A model generated the notes under the pieces. It made no database searches. It was not told where the DNA came from and saw only the letters and a list, made by a program, of their open reading frames with translations. Positions 38,547-57,050 of a stretch of DNA of 64,000 nt are shown in pieces. The position numbers were made by a program, and so were the translations under genes. Source of the stretch: Kondoa subrosea (taxonomy: Eukaryota); assembly GCA_039545335.1 (NCBI GenBank), contig BCIN01000007.1, positions 186,001 through 250,000 of the forward strand. The letters are read 5' to 3'. How positions within the stretch are numbered: the first letter of the stretch is position 1; each line of letters begins with the position of its first letter.

Positions 38547-39651
38547 ATGATCTATGAAGAACATCACCTTAGATCCTGGTCGACTACTCTGTTCAATTTC
38601 TTGATCATGCCAATCTGGCGTTGGACGAGAACAAGACCAATTTCCCCTAAAGGTTCTCAACCTCTCAAACCAAAGTTACGTTCAGCTTGCAATGTAACGG
38701 AACGGAAAGTGCAAGACATCTATACTTATGAAATCGTCAGCAAGAATTTGATTAGTAAGCCAACGAAACGAGTACTCTAGTCAGTCAAACATCCCTGCTA
38801 GCTGTTTTGATCTTGGGCTGATCCACTACATTCGCACAGTTTTCCTGGAGGAGCTTTCGTATCTGTGAGTTAGATCCAATATTTCAGATGTTTGAAGGAC
38901 CTGATTTTATTCGCGATTTCATCCCCTTTTCAGCCAGCAAGTAAGTTTCCTCTTCACGCAAGTCGCGCACAAAGGTGTCCTTGCTCATCCCGTATCAGCA
39001 TCATTCCATCTCCGAATCGCCGCACGGATCTGTGAAGAAAGTCCTTCAACTCAAGTAACTTTCGTCGCTTATCCTCTAGCACCCTTATCTCCCGCTCCCA
39101 TCACTTACCCTCTTCTGGTATCTCTATACAAACAAATCGCCCAAGAAGCTTCTGAGCTGAATCAAGAGTTCATAATCTCGGGTGATAGCGCAGGAGGAAA
39201 CTTGGCTCTCTCTTTACCTTTACACATCCTTTCAAATGATGCTACTATTCCAGCACCAAGTAAAATAATCGCTATCGTTCCTGTTTGTTCGGTAGAACAT
39301 TCAATCTTACCATCAAAAGTAGTTGAATCGGATCCGGTTTTGAATGTCAGCTTGTTTGAAACGATGAGAAATGAATGGGGAAGAGAATGGGATGAAAAAG
39401 ATCATAGACTTTCTCCTTTATATGCTGATCTGAGCGTCTTGAAGAAAAGAAACGTTACGCTCAAAATTATTTCTGCTGGTGAAGATTGTTGTTCGGCTGG
39501 AGCTTTGTTACTCAAGGATCGATTGATGAAAGAAGGAGTGGAAGGAACCTTTTCGTTCTGGAGTAGACTGCAACATCTTTCTTTTGCGTTGTTTGGCTTA
39601 GGGTTGTACGATTTCGATCGCATGGCGGAACAATACTTCAGCTGGTATTGA
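38547..39651 (+). CDS. Alpha/beta hydrolase (HSL-like esterase/lipase)
   Basis: LYFPGGAF oxyanion-like motif, YPLAP, nucleophile GDSAGGNL, LSPLYADL; includes a 7-nt microexon at 38934-38940. Confidence 0.85.
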
Positions 39652-40023
39652 TATGTCTTCAAGGAAGAATGGGAAGTGCGGTGAAAGGACTGAATATTGG
39701 TATTGCCAATTGTGCATAGTGAAACAATGTAGCTATGTAATCACGACCTCTATGCAGTCACTTGCGCAGCCTATCTCGCAAATCTTTGCGGATGATGGAC
39801 CGACCTCTGATCATTGAGAGAAAGATAGAGCAACCATGCGGAAAGATGGTTAGCACCACAGCGCACGATCCAGCATAGCACTCTGCATAAATGCACTCAT
39901 AGGAGAAGAGGACCGAGGGAGGAGAAAAGTATACAACGGCGCTTCGGCCAAACATGCATGGATGATCAAGTAATACAACGAAAGTAGAAAGAAGTGCGGC
40001 CCATGAGATCCGAAACGAATAGA

Positions 40024-40596
<573 letters not shown>

Positions 40597-40949
40597 TGTG
40601 TGAGAGTAGTTCTGAGTTGAAAAGTGAAGGTTGGGTAAAAGCGAGTTTGGTTTGAGAACAAGAGGGAATCCAGTTTTCGAAACTCAAGACGAAGTGTGCC
40701 GGCTTGTTTATTTTGTAGCTTTGATGGATTTCACGTAATTTTGCATCGTAGAGGCTGATTTAGCAGGCCAATGCTGCGATCTCAGCGAGCCTTGCTTGCC
40801 CATCGCGAGAACACAGAAGATCAGAGAAGATTACGTAATTGCTTTGTTGTTTTTCGAAGCTTCTGCGAAATTCCTCAACGGGTTGCTCTTGTTTCCTACC
40901 CACCTTCTCACTTCAAAACTCTCTCATTCAGTGCTAACCACTCTCAGCA
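40597..40949. promoter_or_regulatory. Bidirectional H4/H3 promoter region
   Basis: ~350 bp between divergent ATGs; ACGTAATT occurs twice (near 40734 and 40833). Confidence 0.5.
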
Positions 40950-41752
<803 letters not shown>

Positions 41753-42144
41753 CTGCATTCAAGTCATCGATACAAGCTCGAGTAAGAGAAGAGTCGGATC
41801 CATTGCTTTCTTCGTTGTACATTTATGCCTACTTGCAATTTCGGGGTTTCTTTTTCCTTTTGAACCGCCATTTGGCGCTTTGACACCGATTCTTTGCATG
41901 CTTGATAATAAAGTGCAGGTGAGTCTTCGTTCTACATCAACCGTTCGCCCAGTTGCATTTGATATCCTGAAATAAAACCGCAGCCGATCTTGATTATCTA
42001 ATCGGCAATTTGCTTACCGTGGGATCAAATGCCCCCAAGGGGCGGAAAAAGCAGTCGCCACCCTGTAGCTGCTTGCTGTGTTTCCTCTGATACGATCAAC
42101 TACTTCTGTTCCCTTCTTTCCCTTGTCGTTTCGTCGTCAAATAG

Positions 42145-43651
42145 ATGCGCTGCACATGTCGTTCTATTTCTCTTCTCTTCGTCGCCTTGTCACTCGTTCT
42201 ATCTGTTCTAGCATTACCTCCTCGTCCAAATAAACGACAAAGTCTCGGAACCTCTTCTTCACAACTAAAGTCGAAGTATAAAATCGCACGAAGACAATAC
42301 AACCCTCGCCGAACAGTTCGACTAAGAGGACGAGCCGCTGCACCTCAATCATCAAATATACCTTGTTCTGATGGGCAAGTCAGAACAGTCAACGGTTGTG
42401 TCGAAGCTTGCGACGTCACTGATCTAACTAAGAACGGTTTCATCCAAGGTATGAATTCTTCTTACTAGAGTTCAGACCGGGAGCTTAAGCATTGTCATGC
42501 AACAGATCCTACTGGCGGTTGCCAATGTCCGACCAATGGATATGAAGTGGGAGGTTATTGCTACTGTCAAAATGGACAGTTCGTATCCTACAATAGTTAG
42601 TTTCACAGCTTTCTTCCTGCAACGATGATCGAGCGAAACTTAATGAGCGTGTTCTTGCTTTGTAAACAGATGCAAAGATGGCATTCCAATGTATTTATTA
42701 CTGCGGCAGCGCTTCTACACCTCTAGGTCCAATTGTGACAACGGGTAAATTCAACTCACTCTCGTCCTCATCGACCAATATTTTGACATAATCAATAGAT
42801 TCCCAAAATGGAGGCTGCATGTGCCAAGAGAACTCTTCAATTGGAGCAAATGACGAATGTCAATGCGATTCTGGTTACAGCTTTGATAAAAACACCTACT
42901 CTTGTCTACCCAATTGTTCTTCTGGTCAAGTATTCGGAAGTCTGTCTCGATTCTCTCCCTTGTATATTGATTACAGCGGAACTGATCCTTTCATTAGCCG
43001 GTGGTTCATGTGTCGCTGCATGCGATACTGCTGCGAATCCTGCAACGATGCAAAGTGCGCTTTCTTCGATACGTTATTCACATTCACGATACTGATAGCC
43101 GAATGGATACACAGATCCGGATGGCGGCTGTCAATGCATTAGCGAGGCAACACAAAATGCAGATGGATCATGTTCATGCAATAATGGCTACTCGTATGTT
43201 GCAGGTCAATGTTTGCAATCCTGCTACCCAGGGGAAACTCGAGGTACTACGAATGATGTCTATCGGTTATTGTCATTTGCTGACTTGTTGCGATGCAGAT
43301 GCCAACAATAACTGCATCTCGCCTGGATGTCAAGTTGGACAATACGGTAATGCTGAAGGCCAATGCGTCGCAAGATGCACTCGACCGCCAGAAGGTCATT
43401 ATTCTCAGAACCCTGCCGGTGGATGTCTTGGTCAATCAGTATGGTTTCCAAATTGGGTGACTGAGATGTTCCAACTGATATGAGGCTTACAGAGTCTACA
43501 CGATATGGAAACCGCCGCAATTTGTGGAAATATTCTTGAGATCAACTGGAAAGTTAGTGATTATGCGGACATCACTTGCGAAGGCGCCTCGTACTGTGCG
43601 ACTTTGCAAGGATCAGGTCAATACGAGTACTGCACCTTATATCCAGGATAA
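42145..43651 (+). CDS. Secreted cysteine-rich repeat protein
   Basis: Signal peptide SLLFVALSLVLSVLA, basic pro-region with a KR site, repeated modules DPTGGCQC / DSQNGGCMC / DPDGGCQC / NPAGGC across several exons. Confidence 0.75.
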
Positions 43652-44257
43652 AGGTGTGTCGATTGGCTCTGCCCTTGTGTCATGTTTTCGTCAACATTGA
43701 TATGATGGTTTAGATCATAATCGTTTCTCTCACTCACTGGATAGAACCTTGATTTATACAAGGGGTCGTTTTATGGTCGATTTACTGTTTCTTCGTTAGT
43801 TGGCACCTGCGAAGATTCTGGTGGCATCAACAAAAGATACGTACACACGAGTCTCTGACCGTGCTCAGGCACTTTTAAACCTCGAAGAGAGCTTCCTCTC
43901 CGTTCTCCTCCTGCGTCGGATTGGGTTTTCATCTGTTCTATTTGCTAATGTCGGAGTATTCACTCGACCTCTTTTCCTTAAGAACTACGACAGTCTGCTG
44001 AGTGTCAGCTGCGTCGCATGATGTAAAAATCTACTTTGTCTAATACAAGCTTTTTGCAACTCTCTTTGCTGATCTTGTGATGTTTCTAGCTTGGTGCATG
44101 TACAACGCACAAGCGCCACTCAGCTGCTATCATACTGTTGCGGACATGTCAAACATTCCCTTTGTTTGAAAGATGTACTCTTCTAGGTCATCCGTTGAGA
44201 CGACGTCTCAGACCGTGCTCTTACACCCTCCTTGTTTCACTTCGAGCAGACACCAAT

Positions 44258-45496
44258 ATGCCTACCATAGAAAGGTCGGTGAACGTAGCGGTTGAAGTAC
44301 ATGTCAACCCAGCAGGAGAGGTTCTTTACAGTAAGCTCGCGTACAATCGGATCAATGTGAAGAGCTGATCTTCGTTTTTGGTAGCTTCTTATGTCACTGG
44401 TACACCAAATCTAGCTGTTAACCCTTCGGCGATACCTAAAAACCAGCCTATCACTTTGAACAGTGAAGAATCTCAATCGACCAAAGTGCCGATGTTTCCT
44501 TCTAGTGTTACACCGCTGATTAACTTGGCTACTCTTTCTGAGAGCCGAACTACTACAATAGATCAATATTCACTGCCTGCAGCTCAAAGCACTTCATTAC
44601 CTTCACCTAAAACAAGCCAACTGCCTCTGAAGCCAACCGCATTGGCCTCTGTTGCAGGAGGAGCCGCTCTTCTTGTCTTCCTCATCTTTCTGGTCTGCTT
44701 TCTATGCCGACGGAAATTCAAGAAAGTTGACAGAACAGCTTCCAAGCTGCTGTCTTCCGCTCAATCATTGGACGAGAAGAGTTCTTATGGTCGAAATGTG
44801 CCATCAGAGGACAGTAGCACCAGCATTGGCAGCTTCCGAAGCTACGGGAAGGATTCAAAGTATGATTGGCCAGAGATCAAATCCGTTACCGATCTGCCAC
44901 TGAAATCTATAGTCTCGACTTCCATTGCTCGATCTTCCTCTACTCGCTCGGAAGACTCATCAAGCAGTAGTCGGTCCAGATCAAGTAGCGGAAGGAGGTC
45001 AAGCAGTAGCAAGTTGTCCAAATCTAGCAAACGAAATCAACCTTACTCTAGACCACCTCCTCCGACTTACAAGTCGTATCATCGTTCTTCTCGATCTCCA
45101 TCCACAGGAAGTAGAACTGTAGCTTCTTCTTACCTCATCCCCTCTCATTTCAGTATAGCTACTCCTTCTCTCGCGACTACGTACTTCTCACGACCTTCTC
45201 TCGTACTTCCAGCAATCAAGATGAAATCACCTTCTTCTTCTTCAGCATCAGCAAGATCCATCCAATCACAACCTTTAACGGAAGAAAACTTGGCTCTGAC
45301 TACCTCACCCGATCTATCCGCTTATGTAGAAGCTACTTCCTCTCGTTCTGCCTCGTCGCACAAAGCAAGCGAGAAAGGTTTGAAAAGTAATGGTTATGTC
45401 GAAGGAACGGCTGTGTCTGGAACGGGAGTGAGCAATCCTGGTGGCTTTGTACTGCCTAGCTCTTTTTGTCGCTTGGATGGGGAGACTATCGTGTGA
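44258..45496 (+). CDS. Single-pass membrane protein with Ser-rich cytoplasmic tail
   Basis: TM ALASVAGGAALLVFLIFLVCFLC followed by RRKFKK; 372-codon exon plus a short 5' exon. Confidence 0.65.
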
Positions 45497-45636
45497 AGAT
45501 GGAACTGAAGAGTCAAGTAATATGAAAAATAGTATATAATCGGATTGAGGATAAATAGCTTTGCACTAATTTAAAAATACATTGAAATAGTTCATCGGTA
45601 GACTGTTACAACCCAACCTTAGCGATACCCGAACGA

Positions 45637-47168
45637 TCAATTAGCCATACCAAACTCCTCATCTTTCTTAACCACGCTATCGACTCGCAGAACTGGAATC
45701 GTGAACAGCGTAGTAGGCGACTTGAAAGGACTTTGAGGCATCTCGTAATCATCTTTGGAGTCTACAAAATACATTAGCTTTGTCTGGGACTCGAGAAGGC
45801 TTGTATATACCAAATTGATCTGATTTGCTGCCTGAAAATTTAGGTAGTGTTGCGCGGCCTGCACTTCCTTGCGACGAAATTGAAGCAGTAGCGGAAGGGG
45901 CGTATACCAAATGCCGTGTCCAAGCGTAGAGCAGAACATCAATGAGTCCAGTAAGAGCGTAGATGCATGATGCGACGGTCAAGGCCTGCCAGGACCATCT
46001 GAAACAAGGGGTCAGCAAGTATTCTATTATGAGGGGAGGACGCTCACTTGTTGCCATTTAGACCAGCCAGTCTATACAAAGTGATGAAAAGTGTAGTCGC
46101 TAGATAAGCCATAGGAAAGTAGACTGTGTTTTTATTGCTACTAAGTATGGCTTCAATTCCTCGAGACGCCGCTGAATGAGCTCACGCATTCTTAAAGCAA
46201 CGGAATCAATCTTTCGATCCAACTTTGACTTGTGCGAATGTGCTGTGCTGTTCTGGAAAGTTGTATTTTTGCTCTGAAAATTCGAACTAGACGGGGATTC
46301 TGAAGGAAGACTAGCTTGTGAAGGACTAAAGCGATATCGGACCGTGACGAAGATGAGTGTGTATAGGGGAATGTTGATAAGAGAAGTCAAGAGTATCCAG
46401 ATGAAGTGGAAGGGAACTCGATAGTTCTCGTGAAGCGGACTGATCCAGCAATAACCTGACGGACCAAAATCAGCTTTGATCGCGAAGCCCAATACATTGA
46501 CTTGCCTTCGTCTGATCCACAATAGTATGGGTTTGCGTAATCGTGTAGATGTGGGCCAAGCACAGTCAAGAAGAGTGGGAAGAACCAAAGACCCGCAATG
46601 AGAGCTATGAAACTTCTTTGGCCAAATCTGAAGCTGGTCAAGAGGGTAGATGCAGTAAAGAGACCAATAGCGAGAGTTAAGAAAGCTTGAGCCACATCAG
46701 CGAATTGTATAAAGACAGCTTGAACTTTGCAAATCATTGGCGCATGATGATAGGCGAAAGTGTCGCCTTTCAAAGCCCAATGCAAAGAGATTGCAAAGCC
46801 GATGCCCTGAATAAGATCGGCCAAGAGGAGATTCGTCAAGAGTATCCCGGATCTGACCCTGACTCAGTTACTTGATTTCCGGCAAGGCAATTACTCACTG
46901 AGTGGTAGCAAAGCGAGCTATTCTTTCACGACCAGCTGAAAGCGTGACACGACGAGCTCGATGTGCAAGGGCAGCAGCCAGGTGAAATAGCAAAGCAGCA
47001 GAGGCAGCAGCAGAGAGCTAGAGTTGTTCTTTAGCGAAGACTGGCATCACATGTTTCTGACTGACCATTCCGCATGCTGCTACTGACTAATATCTTGTTA
47101 GCACGGCCACACCCACCATGTACATTGCTTACCGAATGTGCGCTAGGCTGTGGTAATAAGTGCACCAT
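45637..47168 (-). CDS. G-protein coupled receptor, Git3/Gpr1-like
   Basis: NLLLADLIQGIG, CKVQAVFIQFADVAQAFLTLAIG, GPSGYCWIS, LTGLIDVLLYAWTR; multiple hydrophobic helices. Confidence 0.8.
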
Positions 47169-47349
47169 TTTGTATCGCTGGGTTGAGAGAAGAAGGTCGA
47201 CAGCGGTCGCACGAGAGTCTGAAAAGCAATGTCCTTGAAAGGTACAATTACAGATAAAGAAAGTGACCGACGAGTATAGAATAGTCAGTTGCAATCTTCT
47301 AATCATTCAGCTTTCAATCACACGGGTAAACCTTGTCGGGTTATGAGCG

Positions 47350-49018
47350 TTAAACAGATGCTGGCATTTCATTTAGAGGAAGTGAGAAGTCTTCGAATGT
47401 CTGCCCGGTAATGATCCAAGAGTGGAAGGGCGCGGCTGATCTGAATTCCGTTTTGAGTGTTTGATACGATGAGACCTGTCGCTTGCTAACATAGTAAGAT
47501 CTATAGGAAGCAACTCGACTGAATTTCCTGCTGTCGATACTGTAGAACTTACTCTTGCCGGCCCATTTGCTGCAGATTACGAAATTGTTCGAAGAGCGAC
47601 AGCTTCGATAAGCGAGATCTGCCGTCAATTCAGCCCAGGTGTAGCTATCATACAAGCATAAATTTTACCTTGTCTTGATGGAAAACGGATCCTCGCCTCT
47701 ACGTATAGCTGAGCTTCCTCGGCGAATACCATTGACGATAATTTCTTGACCAAGCCCAGATATCCATGATAAAGCTGCAGCTGGTAGCATCAGCGTGTTA
47801 CAGAGCTTCAACTTTGTTCTACATAGCACTGACATTCTGCTGCAGCCACAGTGGGATCGGAATTGGCCAGTGCTAATCTCTCGCGCGAGTCAGGGAAGAG
47901 AGTATCGGTGAAAGCTATATGAGGTTCTCGAGCAGCTAGATATCCAATCAGAGTAAGATTAAGACAACAAAGAGAGAAGGCTCACTTTCTTTCGAAGGTA
48001 ATCGCACCCAAAGAGCTCTCTGACAAGCATCGAGGTAGATTTCGTTTTCAATCTGGCTTGGTTGGCCTATAGTGATGCTGGAGAGATAGATAGGCTCCAT
48101 TCGTTGACTTAGTAATGCGCCTTGTATGCCTGTATATTGCCAAGAAGCGATCTTGTCACTGCAGGACATTGAAATAGTCGAAGGTGCATCTAGTCTACCT
48201 ACGTAGTCCTGTTATCTCGGTTTGTCGTACAGAGTCTATGGTAGATTACCAGGTTTGGTTCGGACGGCGCCAAGATTGCTGTAGCCAATTCTCCCACGAA
48301 CCATTTCTTTCGCTCGCTTCTCGCCCAAGAATGAGTATAATGCCGGCTCATTGGCCTTCAGTTCAGCTGATGAGCATCCTATCGTCTCAGTGGGTATAGC
48401 TGAAGGATCTTGTATAGCTGCAAGATACTCCATCGAGCAATCACCGCCTGAATAGACTTTTAGATAGGCACAATGCAAATGAGGAGAGACAGACAAGGGA
48501 GAGTACTGATGTAAAGATGAACAGAAACACCGGATTTGAGGTGAGATAGACCACTACTTGGCTTCGCGAGCCAATTCGAAGATCCATTTGCGATCTCCTT
48601 CATAAGCCAGAGCTTGAAGCCTCTTCTGGCTAATACTTCGGCATGACAATCGTGCAAAATCTGAGACCGACTGAGCATATAAAGGAGATATAGCAAGCCA
48701 CAGAACACACATCGCCTTGAACAGGAAGCTTGTTGAAGGGCAAGCAGCGGGTCCCCGTACTAGAAGGCAAATCACAAAGAATTCACAGTCCTTGGTAATA
48801 GCATACGCAAGAGATACACATTGCAACAGCTGTCCATCGTGCATCAAGGTATCAGGCGAAGCAGTCTCGCTTCCTGGGTCATCTCTCGCCAGCACTATGC
48901 CAGCCAGTATAGTCCATTCACGAGTTCCATTGCAACGAGTCTTGGGCTTTCCAGATGCAGGTAGCGAGGCGTATAGATTCAGGCAAGTTTGAGCAATTGC
49001 GTCTGACTGGCTGGCCAT
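47350..49018 (-). CDS. TAD1: tRNA-specific adenosine deaminase 1 (ADAT1/Tad1)
   Basis: [56 protein letters not shown]; no dsRBD seen. Confidence 0.88.
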
Positions 49019-49216
49019 GCTTCGAGGCAGCTTTCTGCCTCTCTTGGCAGGGTATGTACTGTTCTATGATATCTCCAGGCTGGATATATCCGACACTTGG
49101 CCGTCATGAGTCAAATATACAGTTGGGCGCGCCGTCGACTCTACCAACTCCTGTTGCGGACACCCTTTAGCCTCGTTAGAGCGACCAGCGCGATGCAATT
49201 GCCAAGCTATTAAAAG

Positions 49217-50375
49217 TTACAGCTCATCTCGCCCTTTACCCGAAGCCTTGTAGAATTTATGCAATCCATCATAGTTCAGTTGACCTGTCAGTGGTTAAGG
49301 CAAGGATCAGCCAAAGCTAAACTTCGCAACCATCCACTACTGACCGTTATATACCTTTTTCTCCCCTTTGATATCAACTAACACTAGACTAGGTATCTTT
49401 TCCACTCCAAGTTGTGTTTTGACTTGCGCCAATTCAGCCGAATCTTTGATCGCGTAGAAATCTATCGAGTCTTTGAAATCCGTTGATAGACCTTTATAAA
49501 GCGGCGTGATCTTGCTTGCTGAAGTGAGTAAAAGGGAGAAGGGTCTTTCGGGCTGTTCACAGCAATGAAGAAGGTAATCAACAAAGGCTGATACTTCGAC
49601 ACATATGCGAACCTTGTTTTCCAGCAGAGCAGTAATCTCTGCAGGTTTCTTCAGTATCTTGACGTATGTAGGCATCCAATCCACCCTGTATGGCAACAGA
49701 CTTTACGATTAGCTGCACACTAAGCATAAAGTCACGATGCCGTACGCATAATCAGCCAAAGCTTTAGCTTTTCTCTCACCCATATAATCTTTCGGCACTT
49801 TCCTCTTCTTACCAGGGAAATATTTGAGCGTAGGGAAACCTTGAACTTGATATTCCGCGCATAACCTTTTGTTGTTCTCTTGGTCGCAATCAACTGCTAC
49901 GAATTGAACGAGGTTCTTGAGATTCTTGGCCGCTTTTTCATACTCTGGTGCTAGACTGTTGATCATACCTCCTCAGCATGTAAAAATTACATTATGAATA
50001 GGCAGACCAACTTTTTGCAGTGACCACACCAGGGTGCGTAAAAGGCAGTGAGAGTAGCTTTCTGTCGACAGAAAGCATTGTCAGAAGCAATTCACATCAC
50101 GACGCAGATTCGGAGTCGACGTGTCAGAAGCTCTTATACAGCAAAGCAGCCGGAGCAGAGCGGGCGCAACACGTAGCACAGTAGCGAACGAGTCATTCAC
50201 ACAAAGCATAGAGAGATAGAAAGCAACACAGCAGGCTATAACCAACCTCACTTTCAAGAACAACAGGCTTGAAATTGGATGCGGACAACGCTTTGACGTG
50301 TATAGAATCAAAGGAGCCTCCTAATGATGATGAAGCGCTCGCGATGAGCAGTAGCAGAAGGCCGGGGAGCCGCAT
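49217..50375 (-). CDS. Protein disulfide isomerase family thioredoxin protein (Mpd1-like)
   Basis: Signal peptide; FYAPWCGHCK; AVDCD..VQGFPTLKYF; C-terminal RDEL ER-retention signal. Confidence 0.9.
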
Positions 50376-51140
50376 AAAGCGAAACGACTTGATGGATTTT
50401 CGTCAACCTCGCTTGGAGAGCAACCTCGTTCTGTTGACCTGTTGCTGCCTCTGGGCGTCAAAAGTGTGCGAACTGAAGCACTGCAATTTTGAGCTCTGGT
50501 GTCCTCTCTCAGGTTGTCCTTTTGGCTGTGCTCATTCAGCGCTGTTTGAAGTTCTGTCTTTGTGCAATTATGCACTACCCTACTCATGACTATGCCACTG
50601 TTCTCTGTTTCTTCGTCTTCTTCTCCTGTACCATTCCAAGTTCGCAACTGGCAGCTGGTGAAAGCCACTTAGAGTTACTGCCCCAAGTTTCTAAATGTCC
50701 GAATGCTTTTACACTCCACGTCAATACCGCTCTATCCATGTCCTTCCTGTCTTCTATCTTCTAGCAGAGCTCAGTATTGCTCAATAAAGTCACTTCGTCT
50801 CTCGAAGGCAATTGCATCTACCGTTAAAAGATGCTCAACACTTTTGCTTGGCTGACTTGCTGCTGCTGCATACATGCTGAAACTACACACTACAGGCATA
50901 CGCTGTGCTCTTATCACAGATAGCAGGCTTTCAAGCGAGCGTAAGATTGTGGCAGTGGCACGGTTATTGCCTTATTCGGTGTTATCAATAGGGAAAGCGG
51001 AAAGGGCTGATAGGAACTAGATCGTACCCTGTTCACTACTACAAAGCACAGTACAGATCTGCTTTGCCCGAACGAACCGACTGTACACTCAAGTTGGAAG
51101 TGACGAAGCCTGTTTCTTGTCTCGATACCATCAATACAAC

Positions 51141-53104
<1,964 letters not shown>

Positions 53105-53511
53105 TCGCTACCGTAGCTCGTAGCAAAGGCGTCTATCAATAGCTGGTCAACATCCTACTCGAGGTGAAGCGTTGAAAAGGTAGCCGCAACTGCATCTCAA
53201 ACTTTCGCATAATCGACATCTTTTTTCCTTCTTCATTCGGAACGTGCGAAGTGACACGTTGTATTACTTATCTGCCATACATGAGTCGTGAAATGAATTC
53301 CCTTGTATCTTATGAAGTTTATGCTCGCTGCCACTTTCGTCCAACTCAACTTGATCAGCAGAGACAAAACGCGTTCAGTCCTCGACATCCACCTCCTTCG
53401 TCAATAAGCTACAAGTAGTCAAGTGAGCGCGGCATAGCTTGTCCAAATCGCGCGTCCTTGCCTTTGTCCTTTCCACCAAGAAGCATCGCTCTGTCCTGTC
53501 ATAAACACGCG

Positions 53512-55744
<2,233 letters not shown>

Positions 55745-56197
55745 GTTCAGGTAGTCGTGTAACGGATCAGAGGGAATTGTTCATGTATTTATTTGTTCTC
55801 ATTCGGTAATGCGCAGCTAACAGATAACCTGTAGATATTCGGGATTTTACTCTTCAGCGGAGAATTACATTCCATCTGCTTTTGTGCCGAGGAGGACACT
55901 CAATAATGCAGTTGAGCTGGGGCATTGTAAAGCAACACTACCAGATTGATCCTGAGCATTCCTTTTGCAGTACGGCTGTTTCTCTGATGAACTGGCTTTG
56001 ACCTTCTTCAATGTTTCATCTTGTCTCTTTTATCGGCTACTGCTCAAAGCTTTCATTCAGAACATGCTCGGGCTGACATGAATTCGTTTGCGAATAGTAC
56101 ATTTTTACGTGCATGAAAATTATGTGGTATTGGCATTAAAATTTGCATTATGTTTGTTACATTATAATTTACTTCTTGCGTTTTCCGAACCTGCAAT

Positions 56198-56841
56198 CTA
56201 CTCGATAGTTATAGTCTGATTCTTCCCGCCCGTTCTCTTCGGAATCGTTGCAGAAAGTACTCCATCGACATATCTAGTTGGAAAGTCAACTTGGAGTTGA
56301 TTGATGACGAAGAGAAATACTCACGAAGCCTTAATACTTGACGTGTCAACTAAAGTCGGCAGCTTGACCGTTCTTCGGAATTCCCCTTGGAAGCGTTCGG
56401 ACAGCAAAGTAGATCGGGAAGGAATAGCGACGGCAGAAGAAGAAGAAGAGGATTCGGTATCAGAAGAGCTAGAGGGCTTGTTTCGATTGATCTTGCCGCT
56501 CAAAGTGAGAGTTTGACCATCTTCGCCGAATCTAAGAAGCAGAGTGAGTTTCGATATCATTCAATTGCTTGGGTATTTGACTTACGATAGGTTGATGTCT
56601 TCTTTACGTACGCCCGGTAGCTCGGCACTGAAGTGATAAGCAGTCTTCTCTTCCTCGACTAGAGATGAGAATAAGCATGCGTCGAGAAGATGTAAGAAAG
56701 CGACTCACTATCGATGGCTGGACCGGATCTCAATTGAGGGAACGCTCCAGCAAGAACAGGTTGCATCTCATCGAAGACACGAAGAGCAGTTTGAAATTCC
56801 TGAGGAAAGAAACCACGAGTTTGAGGAAATAGGATCGACAT
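56198..56841 (-). CDS. Small heat shock protein (HSP20 / alpha-crystallin domain)
   Basis: AELPGVRKEDI; LTLSGK; ERFQGEFRRTVKLP; YVDGVLSATIPK. Confidence 0.92.
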
Positions 56842-57050
56842 AGTGGAGTATGAAAGTTTGGGATGGGAGAAGAAGAGAGGGAGAACGAAGAGCTTTTATA
56901 GCCAAATAACACGTAGACTAGACAACGCCTCCGTTCTGGCATATTGTAGTATGTTCGAGAATTTGCTAGAACAATAAAACGGAAATCGACAGACCCGACG
57001 CGGACACGGCAGGAAGCAAGAAGAAGGGAACGGTAGGCTCATGAAGTGCT

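Noticed and set aside
39649..39684. Possible premature TGA in the hydrolase tail (WY*YVFKEEWEVR*)
   Set aside because: Only 10 codons follow and the catalytic region is already complete; may be the true stop.
47350..49018. Functional link between TAD1 and the tRNA-Pro or the TAG-containing gene
   Set aside because: Tad1 edits A37 of tRNA-Ala; A34 editing and fungal mRNA editing involve Tad2/Tad3. Proximity is probably coincidental.
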